Shown: positions 22,251-31,293 of the stretch, in pieces
Position numbering within the stretch: position 1 is the first letter of the stretch
Layout of the letters: each line of letters starts with the position of its first letter
Virus record (IMG/VR): IMGVR_UViG_3300037502_001747
Coordinates: 1-57,321 of that record
DNA length: 57,321 bases
Strand: one strand, 5' to 3'
From: a virus
Lineage: Duplodnaviria > Caudoviricetes
The notes under the pieces: generated by a model
Told to the model about the DNA's origin: nothing
The model's input: the letters and a program-made list of their open reading frames with translations, nothing else
Database searches by the model: none
Program-made: the position numbers and the translations under genes

Positions 22251-24529
22251 TGGCCCTCGACATCTCCTACACTCCGACCCCCACGGTCGCGAAATTCATG
22301 GATTCCAACGCCAAGATGCGCGTGATCATGGGTCCTGTCGGGTGCGTTGCACCCGAGACGCTGGTCCTTACGGAGTATGGTCCGCTTCCCATCGCGCGTA
22401 TAGATCGTCCAATGCGCGTTGTATCGTGGAACGAGAAGACATCTCGATTCCAGCTTTCTTGGTGTGGTGGAGCGTTCCCGAAAGGTACGGACTATCTATA
22501 CCGAGTGACAACGCGGCAAGGAGAATTTGCCGCAAACGAACATCACCTCGTGCTCGACGGGCAGCGTGCATATCGACGCGCTCGATCTCTGCGCCAAGGT
22601 CAGTCCTTATCCCAGTGTTCTGACGTCCGCGCGTTGATACGTTCGGCCCCCGACCTGCCAGTGTCGCATGAAGGTGATCCTGATTTGATCGGAACAGCCG
22701 TAGATTCTCTGGCGCATTATGCAGCGTCAGCCCGTCAATATGGTCTACGACTTCTGCGGGAAGAAGGTATCGACCAAGAGTTTGCCCCATCACAAGACGG
22801 TGCTCGTAGATCAGCTTACCGGTTCGGTTCGTACGCTGCCGGGCGTATGGATGGTCTTGTGGCGCAGTTACGAGCACGTACCCGTCTTGGTCTATCCTCC
22901 GCCCTGACGCGAATTGGTGATTTGCTCGGCCGGGTTGGGCACCTTCTGCTCGCCTTGGAAGGTCGAGTCGCAGCATCACCTTACGCACATAGCGGGGGGA
23001 CAGCCCCACTAGGGCTGCTATCTCCGCAGAAGTCTTCAGGCCGTCGGCCAACGCCACGATCTGTTTCGTATTCTCGTTCCACTCTCGGGGCATGTAACAT
23101 ATCCTCCAATGCCAACGGGGCCATATTGAAGGTAGAGCGCGAGACTGTCAAGCGGTCTTATTGGGACATGCAAGTACTTGATACAAACAACTACGTGACA
23201 GTGGACGGCACTATCCACCATAACAGCGGTAAGTCCGTGGCGTGCTGTTTCGAGATTGTCCGGCGGGCTGCCCAGCAGAAACCGAACGAGCAGGGCGTGC
23301 GCAAGACCCGCTGCGCTGTGGTTCGTGAGACCGTGCGCCAACTCTCGGATACCACGATCAAGACCTTCCTCGACTGGTTCCCTCCGGGGGTCTGCGGCCA
23401 CTTCATGCGCACCACCAAGACCTATTTCTTCAAGGTCGGGGATGTGGAGTGCGAGATTATGTTCCGCGCGCTGGACGACGCGGACGACGTGGCCAACCTG
23501 AACTCTCTCGAACTGACCTTCGCGTGGTTTAACGAATGCCGGGACATTCACCCCGACATCGTGGACGCGATGTCTAAGCGGGTCGGCCGATTCCCCTCCG
23601 CCAAGGATGGCGGGGCGACGTGGCATGGGATGTGGGCGGATACCAACCCGCCCACCATGGATACGTGGTGGTTCTACCAGATGGAACACATCGACCCCAA
23701 GGACGGGGTCAGCCCCAACAACAACGGGTGGGATGTCTTCAAGCAACCGTCAGGACGGAGCCCATATGCAGAGAACATCGAGAACCTACCGGAGGGATAC
23801 TATGACACCCAAGGTCGCTCGGAGGAGTACATCCGGGTTTTCATCGACGGTGACTACGGACTCTCCCTCGCAGGTACGCCGGTGTTCAAATACTTCCGCC
23901 CGGATTACCACATGGCACGTGCCACCCTTCGACCCATTATCAACGGCACTCGGCCTGTCATCGTTGGTATGGACCTTGGTCTCACGCCTGCGGCTGTGAT
24001 CGGGCAGCAGGACCCGAGGGGGCGGGCGCTCGTCATGGCGGAGGCCGTCAGCTACGACATGGGGGTGCAACGCTTCGTCAGGACGGTGCTCAAGCCCCTG
24101 CTCTTCGAACGCTTCGCGGGGGCGCCGGTCATCGTGGTGGTCGACCCGGCGGGTATCCAGAGGGCGCAGACAGACGAGCGCAGTGCGGTCGACATCATCA
24201 AGGCCGAGGGGTTCAGGGTCATGCCAGCCCGGACCAACAGCATCACGGCGCGCATCGCCGCCGTAGACGACTACCTCATGCGGCAGGTGGACGGTGACCC
24301 GGGGTTCCTAGTCGACCCCAGCTGCACGAGACTTAAAGCCGCCATGATGGGTGGGTACCGGTTTAAGAAGAATGGCGATGGGTTGGAGAAGGGTGGAGAC
24401 GCAGGTAAGCACAGCCACATCGGGGACGCCATCAGTTACCTCTGCCTGCACATTGGTAGTCTCGACAGTGGCGCGTTGATGCACCAACGCAGGGAGGTTA
24501 AGCGCATTGACTCCAAGGGGTGGACGTGA
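22250..24529 (+). CDS. terL: Terminase large subunit, intein-containing (about 465 aa after splicing)
   Basis: Walker A GPVG^SGKS is split by the intein; Walker B WFNE, DTNPP coupling motif, nuclease GMDLG, DPAG, HSHIGDA. Confidence 0.93.
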   Translation: MALDISYTPTPTVAKFMDSNAKMRVIMGPVGCVAPETLVLTEYGPLPIARIDRPMRVVSWNEKTSRFQLSWCGGAFPKGTDYLYRVTTRQGEFAANEHHLVLDGQRAYRRARSLRQGQSLSQCSDVRALIRSAPDLPVSHEGDPDLIGTAVDSLAHYAASARQYGLRLLREEGIDQEFAPSQDGARRSAYRFGSYAAGRMDGLVAQLRARTRLGLSSALTRIGDLLGRVGHLLLALEGRVAASPYAHSGGTAPLGLLSPQKSSGRRPTPRSVSYSRSTLGACNISSNANGAILKVERETVKRSYWDMQVLDTNNYVTVDGTIHHNSGKSVACCFEIVRRAAQQKPNEQGVRKTRCAVVRETVRQLSDTTIKTFLDWFPPGVCGHFMRTTKTYFFKVGDVECEIMFRALDDADDVANLNSLELTFAWFNECRDIHPDIVDAMSKRVGRFPSAKDGGATWHGMWADTNPPTMDTWWFYQMEHIDPKDGVSPNNNGWDVFKQPSGRSPYAENIENLPEGYYDTQGRSEEYIRVFIDGDYGLSLAGTPVFKYFRPDYHMARATLRPIINGTRPVIVGMDLGLTPAAVIGQQDPRGRALVMAEAVSYDMGVQRFVRTVLKPLLFERFAGAPVIVVVDPAGIQRAQTDERSAVDIIKAEGFRVMPARTNSITARIAAVDDYLMRQVDGDPGFLVDPSCTRLKAAMMGGYRFKKNGDGLEKGGDAGKHSHIGDAISYLCLHIGSLDSGALMHQRREVKRIDSKGWT
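22368..23093 (-). CDS. HTH-HNH endonuclease encoded antisense entirely inside the intein
   Basis: HTH TSAEIAALVGLSPRYVRKVM; DGYVLV...HPYA...YEHRLVM...LGRYL...EVVDHIDGLTLHNAPENLRLF; GGAGG RBS at 23107-23103. Confidence 0.88.
   Translation of the reverse strand: MPREWNENTKQIVALADGLKTSAEIAALVGLSPRYVRKVMLRLDLPRRAEGAQPGRANHQFASGRRIDQDGYVLVTAPQDHPYARQRTNRTGKLIYEHRLVMGQTLGRYLLPAEVVDHIDGLTLHNAPENLRLFRSNQDHLHATLAGRGPNVSTRGRQNTGIRTDLGAEIERVDMHAARRARGDVRLRQILLAALSLGIDSPYLSGTLHHTKKAGIEMSSRSTIQRALDDLYARWEADHTP
23123..23151 (-). promoter_or_regulatory. Putative sigma70 promoter for the intein-nested HNH
   Basis: TTGACA (23151-23146)-N17-CAATAT within intein codons. Confidence 0.55.
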
Positions 24530-24579
24530 TAGATAATGCCCACCTACCCGTTGATGGTAACGTCAACCTGCTCGACTCG

Positions 24580-24608
24580 CCCCGCCGGCCCTCCCCCGGC
24601 GGGGTTTT
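24580..24608 (+). terminator. Intrinsic terminator after terL
   Basis: ccccgccgg/ccggcgggg stem followed by tttt. Confidence 0.75.
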
Positions 24609-24610
24609 CC

Positions 24611-24639
24611 TTGCGCAAAGAGTGGCAGTTGTGTATCGT
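24611..24639 (+). promoter_or_regulatory. Putative promoter of the structural operon
   Basis: TTGCGC-N17-TATCGT before AAGGAG RBS. Confidence 0.4.
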
Positions 24640-24665
24640 GGCGCCAACCATGCAAGGAGCCTCGT

Positions 24666-24896
24666 ATGCGTACCACGCCCAGCAAGCCCGGAAGTGACTT
24701 CGCCAAGCAGTATGGCGCGGTCGAACGGGGCAACCGCAATGCGCAGCCGCCGGGCAAGCCCGGCCCGGGTATGACCACGTCGCCCAAACCCAAAGCCAAT
24801 CCCAACCGCGGCATGACCACGTCGCCGCGGCCGCAGGCCAACCCGAAGAACAAGCCGACGACCCCGCGGGGTCCGTCCAAGCCCAAGAACATCTGA
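24666..24896 (+). CDS. Small basic Pro-rich protein
   Basis: AAGGAG RBS; GMTTSP(K/R)P(K/Q)ANP twice. Confidence 0.65.
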   Translation: MRTTPSKPGSDFAKQYGAVERGNRNAQPPGKPGPGMTTSPKPKANPNRGMTTSPRPQANPKNKPTTPRGPSKPKNI

Positions 24897-24904
24897 GGTG
24901 ATCC

Positions 24905-25261
24905 ATGCCGCTTATTGCACCTTCGCTAAACGCGGACATCCGCTCCGTCCCGCGGGTTATCTGGAGCGGCATTGCTGCGGGTGACACCTTCACCCCCTTC
25001 ACGCTCACGCAGCAGTACGGCCTTGCGGCCTCTGTGCAGGTCACGGGCACCTTCAGTGGCTCCACTGTGACGCTTGAGGTGAGCAACGACGGGACGAACT
25101 GGGCGGTTGCCCGGGGGCTCGACACGACCAACATCACTTTCACGGCAACGGGCTACCGGGAGTTCTCGCTCTGTGCGGCCTACGTCCGCCCGGCCATCAC
25201 CGGCGGCACTGGCTCGGGACTTGCGGTTGTCATGGTCCTGAGGGGCTCTCATGGGGTTTAA
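24905..25261 (+). CDS. Putative virion beta-sandwich protein
   Basis: GAGGTG RBS; VTGTFSGSTVTLEVSNDGTNW. Confidence 0.7.
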   Translation: MPLIAPSLNADIRSVPRVIWSGIAAGDTFTPFTLTQQYGLAASVQVTGTFSGSTVTLEVSNDGTNWAVARGLDTTNITFTATGYREFSLCAAYVRPAITGGTGSGLAVVMVLRGSHGV

Positions 25262-27599
25262 CCTCCCACTGCTTAACCTCCGTCGGCGACTGCTGGGGTC
25301 CGGCGTCTCGTTTTCCCCAGTGGAGCTATTCACACTGTCAGAGCCGGGCCTTTGGCTCGACCCTTCTGACGTGGCCAACTTGGATTGGCGTCGGAACCTG
25401 CTGACGTGGACTGAGCAGTTCGATAATGCTGCTTGGACGATCTCCCGCGCAACTATTCTGGCCAATAACACCGCTGATCCGCTCGGCGGCAATACCGCAG
25501 ACCGATTTACCATCACAGCGGAAGCTGCGGGCGGCGCAATTGCATCGCAAGCGCCCGCTGTGTCTGGCGTATCTTCGACGGGCAGCGCCTATTTGAAAGC
25601 TGGCGATGCTCAATGGGCATTCTTGCGGCTGAACACCACGGAAGTCGTTTGGTTTGACCTCATCAACGGCGCAGTCGGCACGCAGACCAACGCTACCGGA
25701 ACCATCACCGCAGTAGGCAACGGGTGGTATCGCTGCACCATTTCCGGCACTCCTACCGCAAATGCCTTTGGTGTGTGTGGAGTGTGTTTTGGCAACGGCT
25801 CCACGTCATCTGGCACTATGCTGAATAAGTTCGCCTACGTCTGGGGCGCACAACTCGAACTCGGCTCCACAGCCACCGAATACCAGCGCATCACTGACGT
25901 TAACACCGAGGTGATCCAACGCTTCCCGTCTGCCACCCTTTACCAAGACACGGCAGGCACCACGCCTGTGACCACCCCCGGTCAGTCCGTTGCGCTGGCT
26001 CTTGATAAGTCCAAGGGGCTGGTGCTGGGGTCGGAGTTGATCGTAAATGGGGATTTCTCCAGCGGGACCACGGGATGGACGGGAGCAGGCTCCACACTAG
26101 CGTCAGTGTCTGGCGCTGTGCAAATCACTGCTGACGGTACTGGGCAAGCCCGAGCAAGCCAGCTTGTAACGCTTGTCGTTGGTCGTTGGTATGAAGCTAG
26201 GGCAACGATCTGGCGTGGAACTGGCTCTATCAACGTAGATTTGCTCGTATCTGGAATTGCGTCTTCTGCTAATGTCAGCAGCACAACGCCCACAGAGGTT
26301 GTTGTTAGGTTTCAAGCAACTCAGGTAAACCAGAACATCCGGGCCGGGTCTAACGGGACTGCTGTCGCGGGCACTACTTATTTTGCCGACAACATCTCCG
26401 TCAAGGAACTCCCCGGTTTCCACGCCACGCAGGCCACGGCAGGCTCCCGTCCGATCTACGGCATTGTCCCCGTCGGTGGGCGGAGGAATTTGCTGACGGC
26501 ATCTGACGATCTTGGGACTACACAATGGAACACTGCATCTAACCTTACGCGGACCGTTGGGGGCGGCGGGACTTCGTCTAGCGGCAGCGCATACACCAGA
26601 TTGACGGCAACGGCTGGCAACACTGACCACTATCTGCAAAGTGCTGGCCTAGCTCTCACTACTGGACAAACATACGCAATCTCTTTTGAGGTTCAGTATG
26701 TGAGCCACCGCTGGGTTGGCATAGCTGTATTCGATGGCGGCTATAGAAACGGGGTCACCTTTGACCTATTGAACGGTGCAGTAGGTTCAAACTTGGGTAA
26801 CTTTGTTTCCCGAACCCTCACGCCGCTAGGCTCAAATCGCTATAGGATTTCCGGCGTTTACACGGCAGTGTCTACTGGTAATGCGTTTTTTGCTATTGCC
26901 ATGCTTGATGCCGACAAGGTGTTTACAACAACGACTGTATCTAACCTCACAGCGACAATCGTTGACGCTGGTAGGGCGCAGTTTGAGGTCGGCTCCACCG
27001 CCACGGCCTACCAGAAGGTCACCACCCAATACGACGTGACCGAAGCGGGTGTGTCCTCGCTGTCCTACCTCGCGTTTGATGGTGTGGATGACTTCCTTGT
27101 GACCCCCACCATCACGCCGGGGATCGATAAGGCGCAGGTCTTCGCTGGGGTGCGGAAGCTGAGTGATGCGGCGGGGGCTGTGGCAGTGGAACTTAGCGCA
27201 GCAGTCGTAAGCAATGCGGGGGCATTTGCGATTTTTGCGCCAAGCAGTGCAGCGCCAAACTACTTGTTCAGATCACGCGGGTCTGCCGCACAAGTTGGCG
27301 CAGACTACACAAACGCCATCGTGGCGGCCCCCATTACCAACGTCATCACTGGCCTTGGTGACATCTCTGGAGACATCGCAACCCTGCGGATTAATGGCGC
27401 CCAAGCTGCTCAATCCACAACAGACCAAGGCACAGGTAATTACCTCGCCTACCCGCTCTACATCGGTCGCCGCGGCGGCACCTCCAACCCATTCAACGGT
27501 CAAATCTTCTCCCTCATCGTCCGCTTCGGCGCGAACCTGACGGCAGACCAGATCACCTCCACGGAGACGTGGGTCAACGGTAAAACGCGAGCGTATTGA
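25251..27599 (+). CDS. Fibre/spike protein with LamG/ConA-like core and inserted carbohydrate-binding modules
   Basis: Thr/Gly-rich; two RRNLL...FDL.NGAVG...AQ.E.GSTAT.YQ repeats; ELIVNGDFS...DNISVKE module. Confidence 0.8.
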   Translation: MGFNLPLLNLRRRLLGSGVSFSPVELFTLSEPGLWLDPSDVANLDWRRNLLTWTEQFDNAAWTISRATILANNTADPLGGNTADRFTITAEAAGGAIASQAPAVSGVSSTGSAYLKAGDAQWAFLRLNTTEVVWFDLINGAVGTQTNATGTITAVGNGWYRCTISGTPTANAFGVCGVCFGNGSTSSGTMLNKFAYVWGAQLELGSTATEYQRITDVNTEVIQRFPSATLYQDTAGTTPVTTPGQSVALALDKSKGLVLGSELIVNGDFSSGTTGWTGAGSTLASVSGAVQITADGTGQARASQLVTLVVGRWYEARATIWRGTGSINVDLLVSGIASSANVSSTTPTEVVVRFQATQVNQNIRAGSNGTAVAGTTYFADNISVKELPGFHATQATAGSRPIYGIVPVGGRRNLLTASDDLGTTQWNTASNLTRTVGGGGTSSSGSAYTRLTATAGNTDHYLQSAGLALTTGQTYAISFEVQYVSHRWVGIAVFDGGYRNGVTFDLLNGAVGSNLGNFVSRTLTPLGSNRYRISGVYTAVSTGNAFFAIAMLDADKVFTTTTVSNLTATIVDAGRAQFEVGSTATAYQKVTTQYDVTEAGVSSLSYLAFDGVDDFLVTPTITPGIDKAQVFAGVRKLSDAAGAVAVELSAAVVSNAGAFAIFAPSSAAPNYLFRSRGSAAQVGADYTNAIVAAPITNVITGLGDISGDIATLRINGAQAAQSTTDQGTGNYLAYPLYIGRRGGTSNPFNGQIFSLIVRFGANLTADQITSTETWVNGKTRAY

Positions 27600-27600
27600 T

Positions 27601-27984
27601 ATGCCAAGAATTACATGTGCAGCCCCCGAAGCCCTCGTCGCAGATGCAAATCAGTATGCGATGTGCCTCGCCTTTGGCCCCGCTGACGCCTACACCTACG
27701 TCGGTCTGAACTGGCAGGATGCCCAAGGCAACCTCTACGCCGCCACGTCCTTCGAGGCCCGCGATGAGTGGATCACCTTCGCGCAGGCTCCCCTTGTGCG
27801 CCCTGCATGGGACGTGGACCAGATCATCGACATGGTGGCCGCTGCCCGCGCGCAGGCTGCTCTGGTCTACTCAACTGATCCGTTCCCTGCCATCCCCGGG
27901 AACCTGTCGGCACTGAGCGGACCTAACGGCCCGGAGGCTTTGGCCCTGATGGGGCTGACCGCCTATACAACGGATGGACAGTGA
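27601..27984 (+). CDS. Fibre-associated hypothetical protein
   Basis: Immediately follows the fibre gene; WQDAQGNLYA motif. Confidence 0.7.
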   Translation: MPRITCAAPEALVADANQYAMCLAFGPADAYTYVGLNWQDAQGNLYAATSFEARDEWITFAQAPLVRPAWDVDQIIDMVAAARAQAALVYSTDPFPAIPGNLSALSGPNGPEALALMGLTAYTTDGQ

Positions 27985-27997
27985 GGTATAAGGCATT

Positions 27998-30022
27998 ATG
28001 GCTGGTCTGACACTCCTTCGCGTCGTCGGTAACGACCAACTCGTTCGCGCCGAGCGGGAGCGGGCTGAGAAAGAACTTGCCGACCGTCAGTCTAGCCCCG
28101 TCATGCTTGGCATCACGGCCTATCTCAAGCAGTGCTGGGACGCAGCACGCATCGCTCGGGACCCGATTACTGACATCATGCTCAAGGCCATGCGGCAGCG
28201 GAACGGCGAGTACGAGGCCGATACGCTCAAGGCGATCAAGGACCAAGGTGGTTCCGAGGTCTACATGATGATCACCGAGGTCAAGTGCCGGGCGGCTGAA
28301 AGCTGGCTGCGCGATATCCTGCTGGATAGCGGCACGCCCCCGTGGGACCTGCAGCCCACCCCAATCCCGGACCTGTCGCCCAAAGAGGCGGAGGAGCTTC
28401 AGCTTGCCTTCGCTGAACGGGTCATGGAGGTTCTCCAAGGTAGTGGGCAGGCACCTAGCCGCGCCCAGCTTGCCGAGCTCAAGGAAGTGGTGGGGCAGGA
28501 GTTCCGCTTCAAAATTCTGCAGGCGGCGCAGAATCGCGTCGACCGGATGCGGATCAAGATCGAGGACCAGTTCGTCCAAGGCGGCTGGGCCGATGCGTTC
28601 AACGAGTTCATCACCGATCTCGTCACGTTCCCGGCGGCGTTCATCAAGGGGCCGATCGTCCGGCGTCAGCGCTACCTCAAGTGGTCTGGGTCTACATTGC
28701 AGCCCGGTGAGCGCATCGCCCCGGAGTACGAGCGCGTCAGCCCGTTCAACATCTACCCCGAGCCGGGGATCACGCGCATCAACGACGGGTACATCTTCGA
28801 GTACCACGAGATGACTCGCACCCAGATGGCCGATCTTATCGGCGTGCCGGGCTATGACGACGCCGCCATCCGCAAGGTCCTTGAGATCGGCAACACTCAG
28901 TCGTGGGTGCAGGAGTGGCAGAAAGACTCTCGCGAAGATGCGGAACGCAAGTTCCACACAGAACTGCGGCCGACTGAGGTTTACGACGCCCTTGAGTTCT
29001 GGGGCAAGATCAACGGCCGGATGCTCCAAGAGTGGGGCATGTCCGAGGAAGAGGTCCCCGATCCGGATCGCGAGTACGACGCGAACATCTGGGCGGTGGG
29101 TAACTACATCATCAAGGCTGTGCTGAACTACGACCCGCTGGGCGAGAAGCCCTACGCCAAGACGTCGTTCATCAAGCAACCCGGCGCCTTCTGGGGCAAG
29201 GGTATCCCCGAGATCATCGAGGACATCCAGAACGTCTGTAACGCGGCTGCCCGGTCTCTGGTCAACAACATGGCGATCGCCTCCGGTCCGCAGGTCGAGG
29301 TCAACCTCGAACGCCTGCCGCCCAACGAGGACATCACCCAGCTACGCCCGTGGAAAATCTGGCAAGTACTCAACGATCCGCTGGGTTCGAGCGCTCCGGC
29401 GGTGCGGTTCAACCAGCCTAACGACAACGCCAACACACTGGTCGGGGTCTACGACCGGTTCTCTCGCATGGCTGACGACCACAGCGGCATCCCGGCCTAC
29501 ATCTACGGGGACACCAACGTGCAGGGGGCTGGGCGCACAGCCTCCGGCCTGTCCATGCTGATGGGCTCGGCAGGCAAGGGCATCCGGCAGGTAGTGATGC
29601 ACATCGACAACGACGTGCTCAAGACCATCGTGCACCGGCAGTTTGTCTACAACATGCGCTATGATCCGGACGAGTCCATTAAGGGCGACGCACAGGTCGT
29701 GGCGCGCGGGGCAGTGAATCTCGCGGTCAAGGAGACGGTCAACGTTCGCCGCGTGGAGTTCCTTAACGCGACTGCAAACGAGTTCGACATCAACATCATC
29801 GGCACCGACGGCCGCGCAGCACTGCTGCGTGAGGTGGCTAAGGGCCTGCAGATGCCGGTCGACGACATCGTTCCGTCGCGCGAGAAGCTGGCGATGAAGG
29901 CGCGTACTGCTACGGCGTCGCAGATGCCCGCACCCGGCGGCGGTCAGCCCGCCATGGAGAATACCGATCTCGCTGGTGCACCCGCTGGCGGGACCAACTT
30001 AATAAACGGGGGGCCGCAGTGA
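27998..30022 (+). CDS. Portal protein
   Basis: 674 aa; size and position; FWGKGIPE, RTASGLSML motifs. Confidence 0.85.
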   Translation: MAGLTLLRVVGNDQLVRAERERAEKELADRQSSPVMLGITAYLKQCWDAARIARDPITDIMLKAMRQRNGEYEADTLKAIKDQGGSEVYMMITEVKCRAAESWLRDILLDSGTPPWDLQPTPIPDLSPKEAEELQLAFAERVMEVLQGSGQAPSRAQLAELKEVVGQEFRFKILQAAQNRVDRMRIKIEDQFVQGGWADAFNEFITDLVTFPAAFIKGPIVRRQRYLKWSGSTLQPGERIAPEYERVSPFNIYPEPGITRINDGYIFEYHEMTRTQMADLIGVPGYDDAAIRKVLEIGNTQSWVQEWQKDSREDAERKFHTELRPTEVYDALEFWGKINGRMLQEWGMSEEEVPDPDREYDANIWAVGNYIIKAVLNYDPLGEKPYAKTSFIKQPGAFWGKGIPEIIEDIQNVCNAAARSLVNNMAIASGPQVEVNLERLPPNEDITQLRPWKIWQVLNDPLGSSAPAVRFNQPNDNANTLVGVYDRFSRMADDHSGIPAYIYGDTNVQGAGRTASGLSMLMGSAGKGIRQVVMHIDNDVLKTIVHRQFVYNMRYDPDESIKGDAQVVARGAVNLAVKETVNVRRVEFLNATANEFDINIIGTDGRAALLREVAKGLQMPVDDIVPSREKLAMKARTATASQMPAPGGGQPAMENTDLAGAPAGGTNLINGGPQ

Positions 30023-30249
30023 AGCAGGCCGCCCCCGAAGTAATCCACGCGCTGGCCAACAGCGTCCGTCAATACCCAGTCCTCCTAGAGTGGATGGGAG
30101 AGTGGCGGATGTCTGAGCTTGAACGGCTGCCCAGCGTTGGAGCCCAGAACGTGACACTTGCACAGGGGCGGTGTCAGGTTCTGACTGAGCTATTTCGGCT
30201 CATGAGCGAGTCCCCTGACTTAGCAGCAAAGCCCCGTAGGGGCAGCTGA
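30019..30249 (+). CDS. Small head-associated protein
   Basis: GTGA overlap; AQGRCQVL motif typical of post-portal genes. Confidence 0.65.
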   Translation: MKQAAPEVIHALANSVRQYPVLLEWMGEWRMSELERLPSVGAQNVTLAQGRCQVLTELFRLMSESPDLAAKPRRGS

Positions 30250-30281
30250 TCCACCACGCACACCCGAGAGGAGCGTTCACG

Positions 30282-31268
30282 ATGGCTATTCCAGAACAAA
30301 TTCGCAAGCAGTCCGAGGCTGTTGCAAAGCTGTATGAGGACCTTAACCCCGAGCCCGGCACCGCCGCGGCGGGGACTGATGTCCTTGAGGCTGAGCCTGC
30401 CGACGGTGCGGGTGAGGTTGTCGCTGAACCGGCGCCCGCCGAGCAAGGGCGATCCGGTACCCCCAAGGAAGAACAGACCTACGAACAGCGCTGGCGGTCC
30501 CTTCAGGGAATGTACAACGCTGACACTACTCGCCTCCGGGCAGAGAACAATCAACTGGGCCAACGCGTCACGCAGCTAGAACAGCTGTTGTCGTCGCTCT
30601 CTGCTCCCCAGCAGTCACCTGCACAGGTTGCGGCGGAGAAGCTCATCACCAACAAGGACGTGGAAGAGTACGGCGATTCGATCGAGGTTATGCGGAGGGC
30701 TGCCCGCGAGGAAGTCTCTGCGGCTAACCAGCAGATCGCCCGACTTGAAAAGATGGTCATGCAGTTGCAGGCCAACGTCGTCCCCAAGGTCGAGGGCGTG
30801 GTCCAGCGTCAGGCGTTGAACGCCGAGCAAATGTTCTGGTCGGAGTTGTCGGCGGAAGTCCCGGACTGGCGTGAGATTAACGCCGATCAGGATTTTCACA
30901 GCTGGCTGCTGGAGGTTGATCCTCTGTCGGGCATGACCCGTCAGACCTACCTCGATGCGGCGCAGGGACAACTCGACGCGAAGCGAGTCGCAGGTTTCTT
31001 CCGGACGTGGCAGTCTATGAATAGCGGTTCTGTTGCTCAGAAAACTCGGACCGTAACTGCTTCCCAACTCGAACGTCAAATTGCCCCCGGGCGTGGTCGC
31101 ACTACTGCGACTACTACTGTGGGTAACGACGTTAAGTCATTCTCACGCACTGACGTCGCCAAGTTCTTTGACGATGTTCGTCGTGGTGTGTATAAAGGTC
31201 GGGAGCAGGAGCGTGACCGGATCGAGCGCGACATCTTCGCTGCACAGCGAGAGGGTCGTATCACCTAA
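30282..31268 (+). CDS. Capsid scaffolding protein
   Basis: Acidic coiled coil ending IFAAQREGRI, directly upstream of the capsid gene. Confidence 0.8.
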   Translation: MAIPEQIRKQSEAVAKLYEDLNPEPGTAAAGTDVLEAEPADGAGEVVAEPAPAEQGRSGTPKEEQTYEQRWRSLQGMYNADTTRLRAENNQLGQRVTQLEQLLSSLSAPQQSPAQVAAEKLITNKDVEEYGDSIEVMRRAAREEVSAANQQIARLEKMVMQLQANVVPKVEGVVQRQALNAEQMFWSELSAEVPDWREINADQDFHSWLLEVDPLSGMTRQTYLDAAQGQLDAKRVAGFFRTWQSMNSGSVAQKTRTVTASQLERQIAPGRGRTTATTTVGNDVKSFSRTDVAKFFDDVRRGVYKGREQERDRIERDIFAAQREGRIT

Positions 31269-31293
31269 AACTGCCTAAGTGAAAGGACACCAC

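Larger units (their letters stand above)
22343..23224 (+). mobile_element. Intein (294 aa) in the TerL Walker A motif
   Basis: Block A CVAPETLVL, block B ANEHHLV, block F YWDMQV..TNNY, block G IHHN followed by +1 Ser. Confidence 0.93.
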
